The notes under the pieces are model-generated. The model did not search any database and was not told the DNA's origin. It saw nothing but the letters and a program-made list of their open reading frames with translations. Below, piece after piece: positions 1-10,346 of a stretch of 64,000 nt of DNA. The position numbers were made by a program, and so were the translations under genes. The DNA comes from Myxococcota bacterium (lineage in GTDB: Bacteria; Myxococcota_A; SURF-8), in the NCBI GenBank assembly GCA_963674735.2, contig CAXXQS010000002.1, positions 1,888,001 to 1,952,000 of the forward strand, in the 5' to 3' direction. The first letter of the stretch is position 1. Each line of letters begins with the position of its first letter.

Positions 1-1474
1 GCTGGATTACAAGCTGTTCGGCTTATGGGCTCCCGGCTGGCATTTGCATAGTCTGTTATGGCATCTGCTCAACGTCGCGTTGCTGTTCAGCCTGTTGCGG
101 CGGATGGGCGTCGATTCCGCCCGCGCCGTCTTGGCGGCCGTGGCGTTGGGTTTGCATCCCGTGGCGGTTGAGCCGGTGGGTTGGATTTCGGCCCGCTGCT
201 ATCTGCAACTGACCGCCTGCCTGTTGTCGGCCACGCACTTCTGGCTGTCGTATCAGTCAAGTGGCCGTATCCGCTGGCAATTTCTGCACTTGGGAGTCTA
301 CTTGCTGGCGTTGGGCAGTCACGAGGTGGCTTTGGTCTACCCGGCCGTTTTGGGGACGTTCTCCCTCGTTCGGCGTCGTCGGGGCGATATCCCGAAGAAT
401 TGGGCCTGGGTGCCTACTCTGCTTGTGGCGCTGGGCTTTTTCTCCTGGCGACTCGTCGATCAGAGCGGCGACGGGGCGTGGTCCATGGCGACTTCGAACT
501 TCGGAGCCTTCAAGATTTACGGGCCGTTGGCGGTTTTGGGATACAACCTGGCGCAATATACGAAACTGGCGCTGATCGGTTTTCCGACGGTCGGCTTTGT
601 GGCGCTCGATCCCCCCTTATCGGCGGGGTGGACTGTGGCTTTGTTGATCGGCGTACCCGTGGCGCTGCTGTGGGGTTGGCGTTGGCGTGAGCGGCGGGCC
701 TTGCTGTGGTGGGCCTGGTCGTTTTTCTTCGTGGCGGTGATTCTATGGATTCCGTCATCCGGACGTTATCTGTACCCGGCTGCTCCCGGATTGGCGGCTT
801 GTCTGGCGCTGGCTCTTCCGGCTCGCGCGACTCTCTCTCGCGTGTGGGCCACGCTTTTACGTGTCGGGTTGCCGCTGCTGGTCGCGTTCTGGATGTTCCT
901 CAGCCTGGTTTTCGCCCTGGCCTCGTTGCCCACCCATCGCGTGATCCAAACCGGTATGCAGGACATTCGTCAGGCGCTGGCCGAACACCCGCAGGCCGAA
1001 GACCTCTATCTCTTCCACCTTTGGCCGTTGGTGGTCAATTCCGAAGGATTTATTGGCGAGTTGTCGGGACGGCCGCATCTCAAGGTGCATGTCATGACCT
1101 ACGCCAGCAGTCTGCATGTGCCCGATATGTCGGAGGCGATGCGGCGGTTGACGCTGTGGGTTTACCCCATCGACCCCAAATGGATGGAGCCGCTGGAGAT
1201 TACCACGCAGCGGCTCAACGATAACGAAATGTACGTCAAATCCGTTCCTTACGGGTTTTTCACCGGTCCGGCGGCCTTCGGCTGGAACCGGCAGTCGCTC
1301 CCGGTTCGCCCCCACCAGCGGATCGATCTGCCGCAGATGACGGTGCGCAGCGGACCGCTCGGTCCGGAAAGCGGCGTGCGCTGGCTGCGTTTTGCCTTCA
1401 AACGCCCGTTGAACGACCCACGCAATTTGTGGATGGTCTGGCGGGACGGGCATCTGCAAGTCTGGGAGCCGTGA
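1..1474 (+). CDS. Polytopic membrane protein, GT-C/TMTC-like glycosyltransferase (5' end outside window)
   Basis: Frame is open from position 2 (LDYKLFGLWAPGWHLHSLLWHLLN). HPVAVEPVGWISAR, LALGSHE and RYLYP motifs are typical of TMTC/PMT-like GT-C proteins; many TM segments. Confidence 0.6.
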   Translation, partial: LDYKLFGLWAPGWHLHSLLWHLLNVALLFSLLRRMGVDSARAVLAAVALGLHPVAVEPVGWISARCYLQLTACLLSATHFWLSYQSSGRIRWQFLHLGVYLLALGSHEVALVYPAVLGTFSLVRRRRGDIPKNWAWVPTLLVALGFFSWRLVDQSGDGAWSMATSNFGAFKIYGPLAVLGYNLAQYTKLALIGFPTVGFVALDPPLSAGWTVALLIGVPVALLWGWRWRERRALLWWAWSFFFVAVILWIPSSGRYLYPAAPGLAACLALALPARATLSRVWATLLRVGLPLLVAFWMFLSLVFALASLPTHRVIQTGMQDIRQALAEHPQAEDLYLFHLWPLVVNSEGFIGELSGRPHLKVHVMTYASSLHVPDMSEAMRRLTLWVYPIDPKWMEPLEITTQRLNDNEMYVKSVPYGFFTGPAAFGWNRQSLPVRPHQRIDLPQMTVRSGPLGPESGVRWLRFAFKRPLNDPRNLWMVWRDGHLQVWEP

Positions 1475-1524
1475 CACAATTCCCCGTTAGCGGTGTTACT
1501 AAAAGTGGAATGAAATCAAATTGC

Positions 1525-1553
1525 TTGTCTCCGGACGAGCTGTGGGATATACT
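1525..1553 (+). promoter_or_regulatory. Putative sigma70 promoter TTGTCT-N17-TATACT
   Basis: Near-consensus hexamers with 17-bp spacer in an AT-rich gap; favours ATG 1577 as the start of the next gene. Confidence 0.45.
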
Positions 1554-1555
1554 TA

Positions 1556-2491
1556 ATGGAACGTTTTTGTCAGCAAATGGAGCCATTCAAAATTACACGA
1601 TATTTATTATGTCTCGCCGTATTGTGGCTGTGGGTGCTGGGGTCGGTTTGTCTGGCGGAGGAGAAGCTCGCTTTCGAGGTCCGCGAGGAAATAGACCTCT
1701 CGACCCGCATTACCATGATGAACGTCAATGTCGGTGAGGTGGTGCGCGCGGTGCGGCTGAACGCGAAGCGGGATCGGCTGCAGATCCTGTTCAATCTGGA
1801 TGTCGATATTTCCTACCTGGTCGGTTCCTATCATCGCCATTGCAAGGTCGACGCCTGGTACGACAAAGAAGGTTTGCGGGAATTCACTACGGATCTCGAT
1901 GAGGATGGCCAGATCACTCAGCTTTCGGGAAAACGCAAGCTGAATATTCTGCTCAAGCCGGTGATTCACATCAAGGGGACGGTGAAAGGGGAGCCTTTCA
2001 ACCGGGAAGTGTTAACCGATGCCTTCGTCTATACGAACATCGAACGTTCCGAATATGTGACCGCGCTAACCCGGCGCGTCAATACCTGGAATATTTTGAA
2101 TCTGTTCACGGGTGAAATCGAGCGTTTTACCTTCACGCCCAGTGGGATTGTCGAATGTCCCGATCCCGGTATCGGCGAGTGTTACCGCGTCAGCCATCAT
2201 AGCGCTACGCGGGAAGGGTTGTTTCATTTTACCCTGGACGGCTTGATGGTGCTCGGCAAAGGCGAAGATGAGTTGGGCTCTTTTCGCCTGAAACAACACC
2301 AAGTTACTCAGAACGGAACGGACACCGATCCGGATTCCATGCGTGTGAATATTCGGTCGACCGATCAAGGTAATGGCGGTGGGTCGAACGAACCGGCGGC
2401 GGCCCGGGCGATCAAGGGATTTTTCGAGCGGTTTTGGGAATCGGGCGAGGAAGGGGCCGACTCGCCACCCGATTCCGAGAAAAAGGATTAG
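1556..2491 (+). CDS. Exported hypothetical protein (start may be 1577)
   Basis: 311-aa ORF with N-terminal signal-like hydrophobic stretch (LLCLAVLWLWVLGSVCLA) and beta-rich body. Confidence 0.6.
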   Translation: MERFCQQMEPFKITRYLLCLAVLWLWVLGSVCLAEEKLAFEVREEIDLSTRITMMNVNVGEVVRAVRLNAKRDRLQILFNLDVDISYLVGSYHRHCKVDAWYDKEGLREFTTDLDEDGQITQLSGKRKLNILLKPVIHIKGTVKGEPFNREVLTDAFVYTNIERSEYVTALTRRVNTWNILNLFTGEIERFTFTPSGIVECPDPGIGECYRVSHHSATREGLFHFTLDGLMVLGKGEDELGSFRLKQHQVTQNGTDTDPDSMRVNIRSTDQGNGGGSNEPAAARAIKGFFERFWESGEEGADSPPDSEKKD

Positions 2492-2529
2492 TCTCACTCG
2501 CGGTGATTCGGTTGAAAATGGGGGTTGTG

Positions 2530-2937
2530 ATGAACGGACGTCAGGGCTGCGGCGCTTGCGGGGGAATGACGCTGATTGATCTGATGGTGGTGGTGGTCAT
2601 TGTCGGGATTTTGGTGACGATCGGATTTTCCGCTTACGGCGGGTATGTCAAACGGTCGCGGGAGGCGGAAGCCGTCAATGCGTTGGGATCCATCATGACC
2701 GCCCAGCAAACCTACATTTCCGATCCCGCCTACGGCAATGGCCATTATGCTCCCGATCTCGAAACCTTGAAGTGGGTGTTGACCGAAACCGGTCAGACGG
2801 TCGGTGTGGCTCCCGCCTTTTATACTTACGGAACCGATGCCGATCATTCCTGGGCGAGGACCGACGAACGCGAGTTTGTCGTACACCCCACGATCTTTCT
2901 GGATCACCAAGGCAAGATGACCTACAAACCCGAATAA
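2530..2937 (+). CDS. Type IV pilin-like protein (prepilin N-terminal cleavage/methylation motif)
   Basis: G|MTLIDLMVVVVIVGILVTIG followed by YVKRSREAEAVNALGSI..AQQTY (PilE/PilA-like). Alternative start 2518. Confidence 0.85.
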   Translation: MNGRQGCGACGGMTLIDLMVVVVIVGILVTIGFSAYGGYVKRSREAEAVNALGSIMTAQQTYISDPAYGNGHYAPDLETLKWVLTETGQTVGVAPAFYTYGTDADHSWARTDEREFVVHPTIFLDHQGKMTYKPE

Positions 2938-3024
2938 CGAATCCGGGCTTGCCTGGAGCCTCGATCCGGGGTATTGCTAAAGCCTAGATCCACACACGAA
3001 CCGCCAGCGGGGCGCACGAATATC

Positions 3025-4032
3025 ATGACGGACACGATTTTATCTTTCCTTTGTTTTATCCTGGCTTTTGGCTTCGCCCTCTATTTTGTCCCCGTTTTCC
3101 GTCAGGCTGCCATGAAGTGGGGTGTCGTGGACAAGCCCGATGGCCGTTTGAAGCATCAACGCGCGCCGGTCCCTTATCTGGGCGGCATCGGGGTGTATAT
3201 CGCCTTTTTATTGGCCTTGAGTTTCGTGTTCGAGTTTTCCCCGCAGGTGCTCGGCCTCCTTTTATCGGGCACCATCATGCTTTTGATCGGGTTGGTGGAC
3301 GATTTCGGGGTGCTCGCACCCTATCAGAAACTGGCCGGGCAGTTTCTGGCAACCTTTGTTCTGATCAAATCCGGGGTTTACATCAAAGTGGAATTTTTCC
3401 CCGTCTGGGTGGCGATTCCGCTGACCGCCATCTGGATGGTGGGGGTTATCAATGCCATCAACATCATCGACATCTCGGACGGCCTGTCGTCGGGGGTGGC
3501 CTTCTGCGCCTCTCTCATGCTGTTTGTCATCGCGCTTTTAAACCACAATATCACCATCGCGATTTTGACCATTGCGTTGGCCGGAGCCATCTTGGGCTTT
3601 CTCATCTTCAATTGGCAACCGGCCAAGGTGTACCTTGGGGATACCGGCTCGCTCTTCATCGGCTTGATGCTGGGAGCGCTTTCGATGATCGGCTCATATA
3701 CGAAAGACAACCCGGTGGCCTATGTCGCGCCGGTCCTGCTGCTCGGCGTTCCGATTTTCGACACGTTCTTCGTAATCGTGATGCGCGCTAAAAAAGGGCT
3801 TCATCCCTTTCTGGGCAGTCCCGACCATTTCGCCATCCGCTTGAAACGGACGTTCGGGTGGAGCGCTCAGCGGGTGGCGCTGATTTCGTGTGCCGCGACA
3901 CTCGTTCTGGGTGGTATCGCCATTCTGATCATGTTCCTCGATCCCTTCAGTTCCCTGGCCATCCTGGCTGTCCTGGCCGTTTTCGCCATCGGATTGGCGC
4001 TGTGGATGAACCGCCTGGAGCCGACGTCATGA
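3025..4032 (+). CDS. wecA: Undecaprenyl-phosphate GlcNAc-1-phosphate transferase (MraY/WecA family)
   Basis: DKPDGRLKH, PYLGG, GLVDD, NAINIIDISDGL, FNWQPAKVYLGDTG, PIFDT motifs. Confidence 0.85.
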   Translation: MTDTILSFLCFILAFGFALYFVPVFRQAAMKWGVVDKPDGRLKHQRAPVPYLGGIGVYIAFLLALSFVFEFSPQVLGLLLSGTIMLLIGLVDDFGVLAPYQKLAGQFLATFVLIKSGVYIKVEFFPVWVAIPLTAIWMVGVINAINIIDISDGLSSGVAFCASLMLFVIALLNHNITIAILTIALAGAILGFLIFNWQPAKVYLGDTGSLFIGLMLGALSMIGSYTKDNPVAYVAPVLLLGVPIFDTFFVIVMRAKKGLHPFLGSPDHFAIRLKRTFGWSAQRVALISCAATLVLGGIAILIMFLDPFSSLAILAVLAVFAIGLALWMNRLEPTS

Positions 4033-5207
4033 CATCGCGCATCCCGGTTGTCCAGATCATCACGCATCTGCCGCCGGGAGGGGCTCAACGAGTGGCGTTG
4101 ACCCTGGCGCAGGGGCTCGACCCGACGCGTTTCGACGCCCATCTGATCGCCGGTCCGCGCGGGGATTGGACCGCGTTGGCGCAAAAGCGGCTCGGCGCGG
4201 CTTTTCATCCGGCCCACCACCTGCAACGCGAGTTGTCCCCGTATCACGACACTCGGGTGATCGTCGAGTTGACGGCGATTCTCCGGCGCATCGCCTCGAG
4301 ACATCCGCGCGGTTTCGCCATCGTCAACACGCATGCGCCCAAGGCGGGTGTGGCGGGACGGTTGGCGGCGCGGCTGTTGGGGCTGGCCCCGGTTCACACC
4401 TTGCACGGGTTGCCGTTTTATGCGCAGCAGAGTGAAAACAGGCGGCGAGCCTACCGCGCCTTCGAGCGGCTGGGCTACTTGAGCGGGGGAGAAACGGTCA
4501 GTGTGACGCGCCGCAATCTGCGGGCGGTGCTCGATGCGGGCTGGGTGGCTCCACGCCACGCCCGCGTGATTCCGCCCTGTGTGGATTCGGATCGATTGGC
4601 TCCCCGCCGTGGAAAGCGTCGGCTTCTGCCGCGCTACGGGATACCCGAAAGCGCTCGCGTTATCGGCGTGGTGGCCAGCCTGAAACCGCCCAAGGATCTG
4701 CTTGGCTTCGTGCGGGCGGCGGCGACGGTGATGAACGAACGCCCCGACGTCCACGTGGTGATCGCCGGTGACGGCGAGCAGCGACCGGCCATCGAACAGG
4801 CGATCGACAATGCCGGGCTCACCGAGCGCGTTACCTTGGCGGGCTGGGTCGATCCCATCGAGGAATTGTACCCGGAATTCGATGTGTTCGTTTTACCCAC
4901 GTTTTCCGAAGGTTTGCCCCTGACGTTGGTGGAGGCGCGCGCCTGTGGTGTACCCGTGATCGCGTCGGCTGTCGGCGGGATTCCCGAACTCATTCGCGAC
5001 GGGGTGAACGGCTTGCTGGTTCCGCCCGGCGAACCGGTGGCCTTGAGCGCCGCTCTGCGACGTCTTCTCGACGACTCCGACCTGCGTTCGCGTCTGATCG
5101 CGGAGGGCTTGACCGGATTGGAACGCTATTCCTCCCAAGCCATGCTGCGGGCCTACCAGGATCTCTATCAAGTGATCGCCGCGCGGGCGGGGGCGTTGGA
5201 TTGCTAA
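4029..5207 (+). CDS. Glycosyltransferase family 4
   Basis: GGAQ N-terminus, THAPKAG, FVLPTFSEGLPLTLVEA (EX7E); ATGA overlap with wecA. Confidence 0.9.
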   Translation: MTSRIPVVQIITHLPPGGAQRVALTLAQGLDPTRFDAHLIAGPRGDWTALAQKRLGAAFHPAHHLQRELSPYHDTRVIVELTAILRRIASRHPRGFAIVNTHAPKAGVAGRLAARLLGLAPVHTLHGLPFYAQQSENRRRAYRAFERLGYLSGGETVSVTRRNLRAVLDAGWVAPRHARVIPPCVDSDRLAPRRGKRRLLPRYGIPESARVIGVVASLKPPKDLLGFVRAAATVMNERPDVHVVIAGDGEQRPAIEQAIDNAGLTERVTLAGWVDPIEELYPEFDVFVLPTFSEGLPLTLVEARACGVPVIASAVGGIPELIRDGVNGLLVPPGEPVALSAALRRLLDDSDLRSRLIAEGLTGLERYSSQAMLRAYQDLYQVIAARAGALDC

Positions 5208-5213
5208 CGAGCT

Positions 5214-6068
5214 TCAGCCGAGTCGCGCTTTCAGATCCTCCAACAGACTGTACACCACTCGCAGGTTGCCGCGTCCGCTGCGTAACTGGATGGCGGGCTG
5301 CGGTGCGCCGTGAAAGTCGCTGCCGCCGGTGACGGCCAGCTTGTAGCGTTGGGCCATGCCGACGAACGAGGCGGTGTCGGCGTCGCTGTGATCGCTGTAG
5401 AGGCATTCCAGACCGTCCAGCCCGGCTTCGACGAGCCCGGCAACCAGCGGTTCCAACTCGCTGCGGTCTTTGACGGCGTAACCCGGATGGGCCAGGACGG
5501 CCAGTCCGCCTGCGGCGTGGATACGGGCGATGCCGTCTTCAAGCGGCAGGGGCGACTTGGCGATGTAGGCCGGTTTGCCTTTGCCCAGGTAGCGGTCGAA
5601 CACCTCTTGGAAAGTTTTCACGACGCCCCGTTTGACGAGCAGGGCGGCCACGTGGGGACGTCCCAGGTTTTCGGGCTGAATGCCCGTTCCGGTGGATTCC
5701 AGGACATCTGCTTCGCTGATGGGGCCGACCAGCTCCGACAGGCGCTCGAACATCAGCCGGTTGCGTTCGCGGCGACGGAGGCCGAGTTCCGTGATCCAGT
5801 CGCCGAATCCGCCCTTGGCCGGATCGATGAAGTAGCCGAGCAAATGGGCCGAGCCGCGATCGTGGGTAAGCGAGAGTTCGATCCCCGGCACGAATTCGAG
5901 GCCGAGTGTTTGCGCTTCGGCGGCGGCTTCGTCCAGACCGCCCAGGCTGTCGTGGTCGGTGAGAGCCACGGCGCGCAGACCGGCCGCATGGGCGGCGCGC
6001 ATGAGTTCGGCCGGGGTCAGGGAGCCGTCGGAGGCGGTGCTGTGAGTGTGCAGATCGATGAAGTCCAT
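5214..6068 (-). CDS. PHP-domain phosphoesterase (TrpH/YciV-like)
   Basis: IDLHTHSTASDG, ALTDHD, AVLAHP, GGSDFHG. Confidence 0.92.
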   Translation of the reverse strand: MDFIDLHTHSTASDGSLTPAELMRAAHAAGLRAVALTDHDSLGGLDEAAAEAQTLGLEFVPGIELSLTHDRGSAHLLGYFIDPAKGGFGDWITELGLRRRERNRLMFERLSELVGPISEADVLESTGTGIQPENLGRPHVAALLVKRGVVKTFQEVFDRYLGKGKPAYIAKSPLPLEDGIARIHAAGGLAVLAHPGYAVKDRSELEPLVAGLVEAGLDGLECLYSDHSDADTASFVGMAQRYKLAVTGGSDFHGAPQPAIQLRSGRGNLRVVYSLLEDLKARLG

Positions 6069-6082
6069 GTTTTATCTTTCCG

Positions 6083-7459
6083 TTAAAAAAGTTCGTCGAT
6101 GACACCGCTTATTTGGCGCACCGGCAGGATGGTGATGGTGTCGGGAATTTGATGCTTTGGACCGCGTAGCTGGGGTAGAACCGCGCGCGCGAATCCCATT
6201 TTGCTGGCTTCGGCCAGTCGTAATTCGGGCAAAGAGACGCTGCGCACCTCGCCTGCCAGGCCGACTTCACCGAAAACCAGTGTATCGGCGGGGATCGGTT
6301 TATCGACGAAGCTCGATACCAGGGCGCAGGCCACGCCCAGGTCTACCGCCGGTTCGGAAAGCCGGATGCCGCCCACCACGTTGACGAAAATGTCGCAGCC
6401 CAGCAGATCGAGTCCGCCTTTTTTCTCCAGGACGGCCGCCAGCAGTCCCACCCGGTTGGGGTCGAGGCCGATACAGGTGCGCCGCGCGGTGCCGTAGGTG
6501 GCGGGAGATACCAGCGCCTGCACTTCCACCAGCAGCGGGCGCGTGCCCTCGATGGAGACGGTGACCACCGAGCCGGGTTCGTCGGTGGCGCGTTCGGCCA
6601 GAAAAAGCTGGGAGGGGTTGGCCACTTCCACCAGTCCTTCGCGGGCCATCTCGAAGACGCCCACTTCGTTGGTGGAGCCGAACCGGTTCTTGGTGGCGCG
6701 CAGGACGCGGAAGGGGTAGCCGCGCTCACCCTCGAAGGTCAAAACGCAATCCACCATGTGCTCCACGACGCGCGGACCGGCCAGGCTGCCGTCTTTGGTG
6801 ACGTGTCCGACCAGAAGCGTGGCGATGCCTTCGCGCTTGGCCATGCCGAGCAGGCGGGCGACGGTTTCGCGTACCTGACTGACGCTGCCGGGAGCCGATG
6901 ACAGATCGCTGGTGAAGATGGTCTGGATGGAATCGACCGCCACGACGGAGGGCTTGACTTTGGCGATGGCGCGCAGAATTTTGGAAAGGTCGGTCTGTGC
7001 GGCGACGACCAGTTTTCGTTCCAGGGTTTCGAGCCGGTCGGCGCGGCGCTTCACTTGGCGTGGGGATTCCTCGCCGGTGATGTACAGCACGGTTTCTCCG
7101 GCGCGGGCCAGGCGTCCCAGCACTTGTAAAACCAGGGTGGATTTGCCCACGCCCGGATCGCCGCCGATCAGCAGCACCGAACCGGGCACCAGGCCGCCGC
7201 CGGTGACGCGGTCGAATTCGCCGATGTGGCAGCTCAGGCGCGGTTCCGACTCGGCGTCGAGATCCACGATGGAGACCGGTTCGGACGATAGGTCGTCGGT
7301 AATGCGCCAGCCCGTTTGGCGGGCATTGACGGCACCGGGATCGTCGAAGGTTTCTTCCACGAAGCTGTCCCAGGTTTGGCATTCGGGGCAGCGGCCCAGC
7401 CATTTGGGCGACTGTGCCCCGCAGTGCTGGCAGGTGTAAATCGTTTTCGCTTTGGCCAT
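6083..7459 (-). CDS. radA: DNA repair protein RadA/Sms
   Basis: C4 Zn finger CQHCG..WLGRCPECQTW, Walker A GDPGVGKST, KNRFG motif, Lon-like C-terminus. Confidence 0.97.
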   Translation of the reverse strand: MAKAKTIYTCQHCGAQSPKWLGRCPECQTWDSFVEETFDDPGAVNARQTGWRITDDLSSEPVSIVDLDAESEPRLSCHIGEFDRVTGGGLVPGSVLLIGGDPGVGKSTLVLQVLGRLARAGETVLYITGEESPRQVKRRADRLETLERKLVVAAQTDLSKILRAIAKVKPSVVAVDSIQTIFTSDLSSAPGSVSQVRETVARLLGMAKREGIATLLVGHVTKDGSLAGPRVVEHMVDCVLTFEGERGYPFRVLRATKNRFGSTNEVGVFEMAREGLVEVANPSQLFLAERATDEPGSVVTVSIEGTRPLLVEVQALVSPATYGTARRTCIGLDPNRVGLLAAVLEKKGGLDLLGCDIFVNVVGGIRLSEPAVDLGVACALVSSFVDKPIPADTLVFGEVGLAGEVRSVSLPELRLAEASKMGFARAVLPQLRGPKHQIPDTITILPVRQISGVIDELF

Positions 7460-7465
7460 CGGTGC

Positions 7466-9238
7466 TTACTCCGGAAGGCGAAGGGTCGAGGGGGGCAGGG
7501 GCAGGTCCGACGGCGGCAGGAGGCGTTCGGGCGGCAGAACCGTCAAGCCCTGGGCCGTCATGCTGCGCCGGCCTTCGCCGTAAATCAGTCGTGCGCCGTA
7601 AAGCCGCAACAGGCGCGGCGCGGGTTTTTCTCGTTCCATCTCGATTTCATCGTCCTCGTCGCCGTCGGGCAGAACCAGCGGCGGCAGGGGCGGGAACTCG
7701 GCGTCGAGCTGTTGGGCCATCCACAGGCTCCCAGCCAGACGCGCGTTGGCGAAGCGGTTGGGTCCGGCGGGTGTCAAGGTCAGGACGCGTGCAGCCGGTC
7801 CGTTGGGGTGCCAGACGGCCAGCAGATCCGGATCGTGCGCCAACGATTCCGGTAACGCGGTGAAGGGCAGGGCGCTGCGGGCCGCTTCGGTCGGCGCGTC
7901 GGCCAGGCGGCGGAAGTGTTCCGCCCAGCGAAGGCATACCTCGGCGGCGGCAGCGGATATGGCGTCCGGGGTGCTCGTTGCGGTTTGGGGCCGCCAATGC
8001 GCCGCGCGTTGCGTGAGCAGGTCGGCGACGGCATTAAAGGTTTGCGGAGCCCATTCGACGTAGGTGTTTGTCAGGGCGGCCGGTTGCGTTGGAGGCGGGA
8101 CGGCCGGAGCGTCTGCGCGCGCCCACAAGCCGAGCCCGAGGCCGGGCGGCAGGGCGGTAAAGAAAAACGGCGACCAGGACGCGCGGCGCTGTTCGTCGGC
8201 GACAAAACTGGTCAAGGCGCAGCGCATTTCCATGAATTCGGGCGTATTTCCGGCTGCTTCCAGCATGAGCGGCCACGCCTCCATGTCGGCGGTCAACACG
8301 CGCCACAGCGGCAGAGAGGCGGTCTGGGGTTGGTTGAGGACCGGGGTGAGCAAGCGGCCTAAAGTCGCTTGCGGAATCGGTAAAAGAGCCAGGGGAAGTT
8401 GGATCACGCCGGGGGCGGTTTCGGTGGTGCGGGGTCGCCAGGCCGCTTGGATGGCGGTGGTCAAGACGTGAATCGTTTCGGGATTATTCAGGTCTTCGAG
8501 GCGCGCCAGCGGCCGTCCTTCGAGGGCTGCTTCGATCAAGTTCCAGGCCTCGGGGCGTTCCCCCCAACGGGCGTCGGCCAGCATCCATAAGCGCTCCCAG
8601 TTGCGGCGCAGCTCCGGTTCCGTGTGCAGCAGGTGCATCCATAAAAAGGCCGCGCGACGACCCGTTTCGGTCGCCAGATCGAGTGGGTAGACATCGGCGT
8701 AAAGACGGGCCAGGCTGTCGGGTCCGGCATCGGGGGCGAGCGGCGGCAGCGCTTGTTGCGGCATCGAACGTCCGAGGGATATGACGCGGTAGAAGGTGCT
8801 GATGCGCGATTGAACGGAGCGGTCGAAACTGAGCAGGAATTCGCGGTCGGATTTTTCGAAGCGCGACAACGTGGCCCATTCCAGCATCAATTCGGTGAGG
8901 GCTTGACGCACGACCGGATCGTCGAGCTTCCAGGTCTTGAAACGGGCGATCAACGCGTCGCGGGCTTGCCCGATCAGCGTTCGTTGCAGTCGGTCGTAGT
9001 CGGTTTCCAGGTCGCGTAAAGCGCGTTTTTCGGCGTTCTGCGCGGCGGCCAGCAAAACGTCCGTCGTGATCAGAAAAGCCGCCTCGCGGCTCGACTCATC
9101 GGCCGCTAATCCGCAGACGGCGGGTGCCGCACAGCGGGTGAGCGCGGTCGTTTGCGGGATTTCTCCCAGGCGTTCCCATCCCAGGCTTCCGAAAAGCGTC
9201 AGGATGAACAGGGCTATCAGGATCGGTCGGGTTTGCAT
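7466..9238 (-). CDS. Exported hypothetical protein, remote DUF3160-like
   Basis: Start MQTRPILIAL (signal-like). FLITTDVLL..LRDLE and YVEWAPQTF resemble the FITxD..L..LE and YVEP motifs of DUF3160. Confidence 0.5.
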   Translation of the reverse strand: MQTRPILIALFILTLFGSLGWERLGEIPQTTALTRCAAPAVCGLAADESSREAAFLITTDVLLAAAQNAEKRALRDLETDYDRLQRTLIGQARDALIARFKTWKLDDPVVRQALTELMLEWATLSRFEKSDREFLLSFDRSVQSRISTFYRVISLGRSMPQQALPPLAPDAGPDSLARLYADVYPLDLATETGRRAAFLWMHLLHTEPELRRNWERLWMLADARWGERPEAWNLIEAALEGRPLARLEDLNNPETIHVLTTAIQAAWRPRTTETAPGVIQLPLALLPIPQATLGRLLTPVLNQPQTASLPLWRVLTADMEAWPLMLEAAGNTPEFMEMRCALTSFVADEQRRASWSPFFFTALPPGLGLGLWARADAPAVPPPTQPAALTNTYVEWAPQTFNAVADLLTQRAAHWRPQTATSTPDAISAAAAEVCLRWAEHFRRLADAPTEAARSALPFTALPESLAHDPDLLAVWHPNGPAARVLTLTPAGPNRFANARLAGSLWMAQQLDAEFPPLPPLVLPDGDEDDEIEMEREKPAPRLLRLYGARLIYGEGRRSMTAQGLTVLPPERLLPPSDLPLPPSTLRLPE

Positions 9239-9317
9239 ACTTGTCTCCGCCGTTAGACCTATGCCATAGCATACCACAGGCATCCGGCACAACCCGTAAC
9301 TCGATCGTGGAGCGGGA

Positions 9318-10346
9318 TTAATCGTCGGACGGCAGGGTGCGGACCACCCGGAAGCCTTTGGCGACGCAATCGTGGAACTCCCCCCCGTAACCCCGGTAGG
9401 CGGCGCGCAGGCTGGAGGCATCGCTGAACCAGCCTCCGCCCCGAACGACGTGGGATTCTCCGTCCGGATTGACGATCGGGTCGGTGGTGGACTCCATGGG
9501 GTAATAAGCCCAGGAATCCCATACCCATTCGCCCAGATTGCCCAGCATGTCGGAGAGCCCCCAGGCGTTCGGTTCCTTGTTGGCCGTGCCGTGCGGACCG
9601 GCGCAGGCGGGTCCGCCGTCTTCCGCCATGTCGCGGCAACCGCGATAGCTTACGACCGTGTTGGGACAATACCAGCCCAGCCGGTCGAGCACCGGATCGA
9701 GCGTGCAGCCCATTTCCGTTACATCTCCGAGGTAGGTGGCGGTGGACGTACCGGCGCGTGCCGCATATTCCCATTCGGCTTCGGTGGGCAGGCGATAGCC
9801 GGGACAGTCGCGCACGTCGTTGTAGTCGGATTTCAGCGTGCACACCGTTCCTTCTTTGCCTTCCCCTTCGCAATCGAAACAAAGCGGTAGATTGCGGTGT
9901 GAAGACAGGGCGTTGCAATATCTCAGTGCCTGATGCCAGGTCATGTAATTGGCCCCGCAATAGTCGCCGCAGCGGGCGAAGGCGGTGGGGTTGTCGCCCA
10001 GCAGGTAATCGAAGGCGCCGCTGAGCGTTTCGGTGGTCTGGATTTCGAAACGCCGGGTCAGGGTAACTTCGTGTTCAGCTTCATCGTCAAAGCGGCCCAC
10101 CTCCGTCAACGGGCTGCCCATGGTGAAGGTGCCCGGTTCGAGGGTGACGAATTCGCCCAGCAGGTATTCTTCGGGGTCGACCTTTTCCATATCCCCCGGT
10201 GTCTGGCCCGGAATGGATAAATCGCCGTCCGGTTGCGAGGCGGATTCATCGCCGTCGGGGGCGGGGGTGTCGTCGGTTGAGGAACAGGACGTTGTTGCAC
10301 ACGTGAGAAAAACGATGACAAGAAGAATCGGCAAAAAGGTCTTCAC
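9318..10346 (-). CDS. Formylglycine-generating-enzyme (SUMF1/FGE-sulfatase) domain lipoprotein
   Basis: GTG start with AGGAG RBS; signal ending in Cys; FTMGSP, YRLPTEAEWEYAARAG, PNAWGLSDMLGNLGEWVWD, RGGGW, GFRVVR. Confidence 0.88.
   Translation of the reverse strand: MKTFLPILLVIVFLTCATTSCSSTDDTPAPDGDESASQPDGDLSIPGQTPGDMEKVDPEEYLLGEFVTLEPGTFTMGSPLTEVGRFDDEAEHEVTLTRRFEIQTTETLSGAFDYLLGDNPTAFARCGDYCGANYMTWHQALRYCNALSSHRNLPLCFDCEGEGKEGTVCTLKSDYNDVRDCPGYRLPTEAEWEYAARAGTSTATYLGDVTEMGCTLDPVLDRLGWYCPNTVVSYRGCRDMAEDGGPACAGPHGTANKEPNAWGLSDMLGNLGEWVWDSWAYYPMESTTDPIVNPDGESHVVRGGGWFSDASSLRAAYRGYGGEFHDCVAKGFRVVRTLPSDD

Noticed and set aside
9318-9460. FGE/CLec-type C-terminus as a diversity-generating retroelement target
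   Set aside because: No template-repeat copy and no reverse transcriptase seen in the window.
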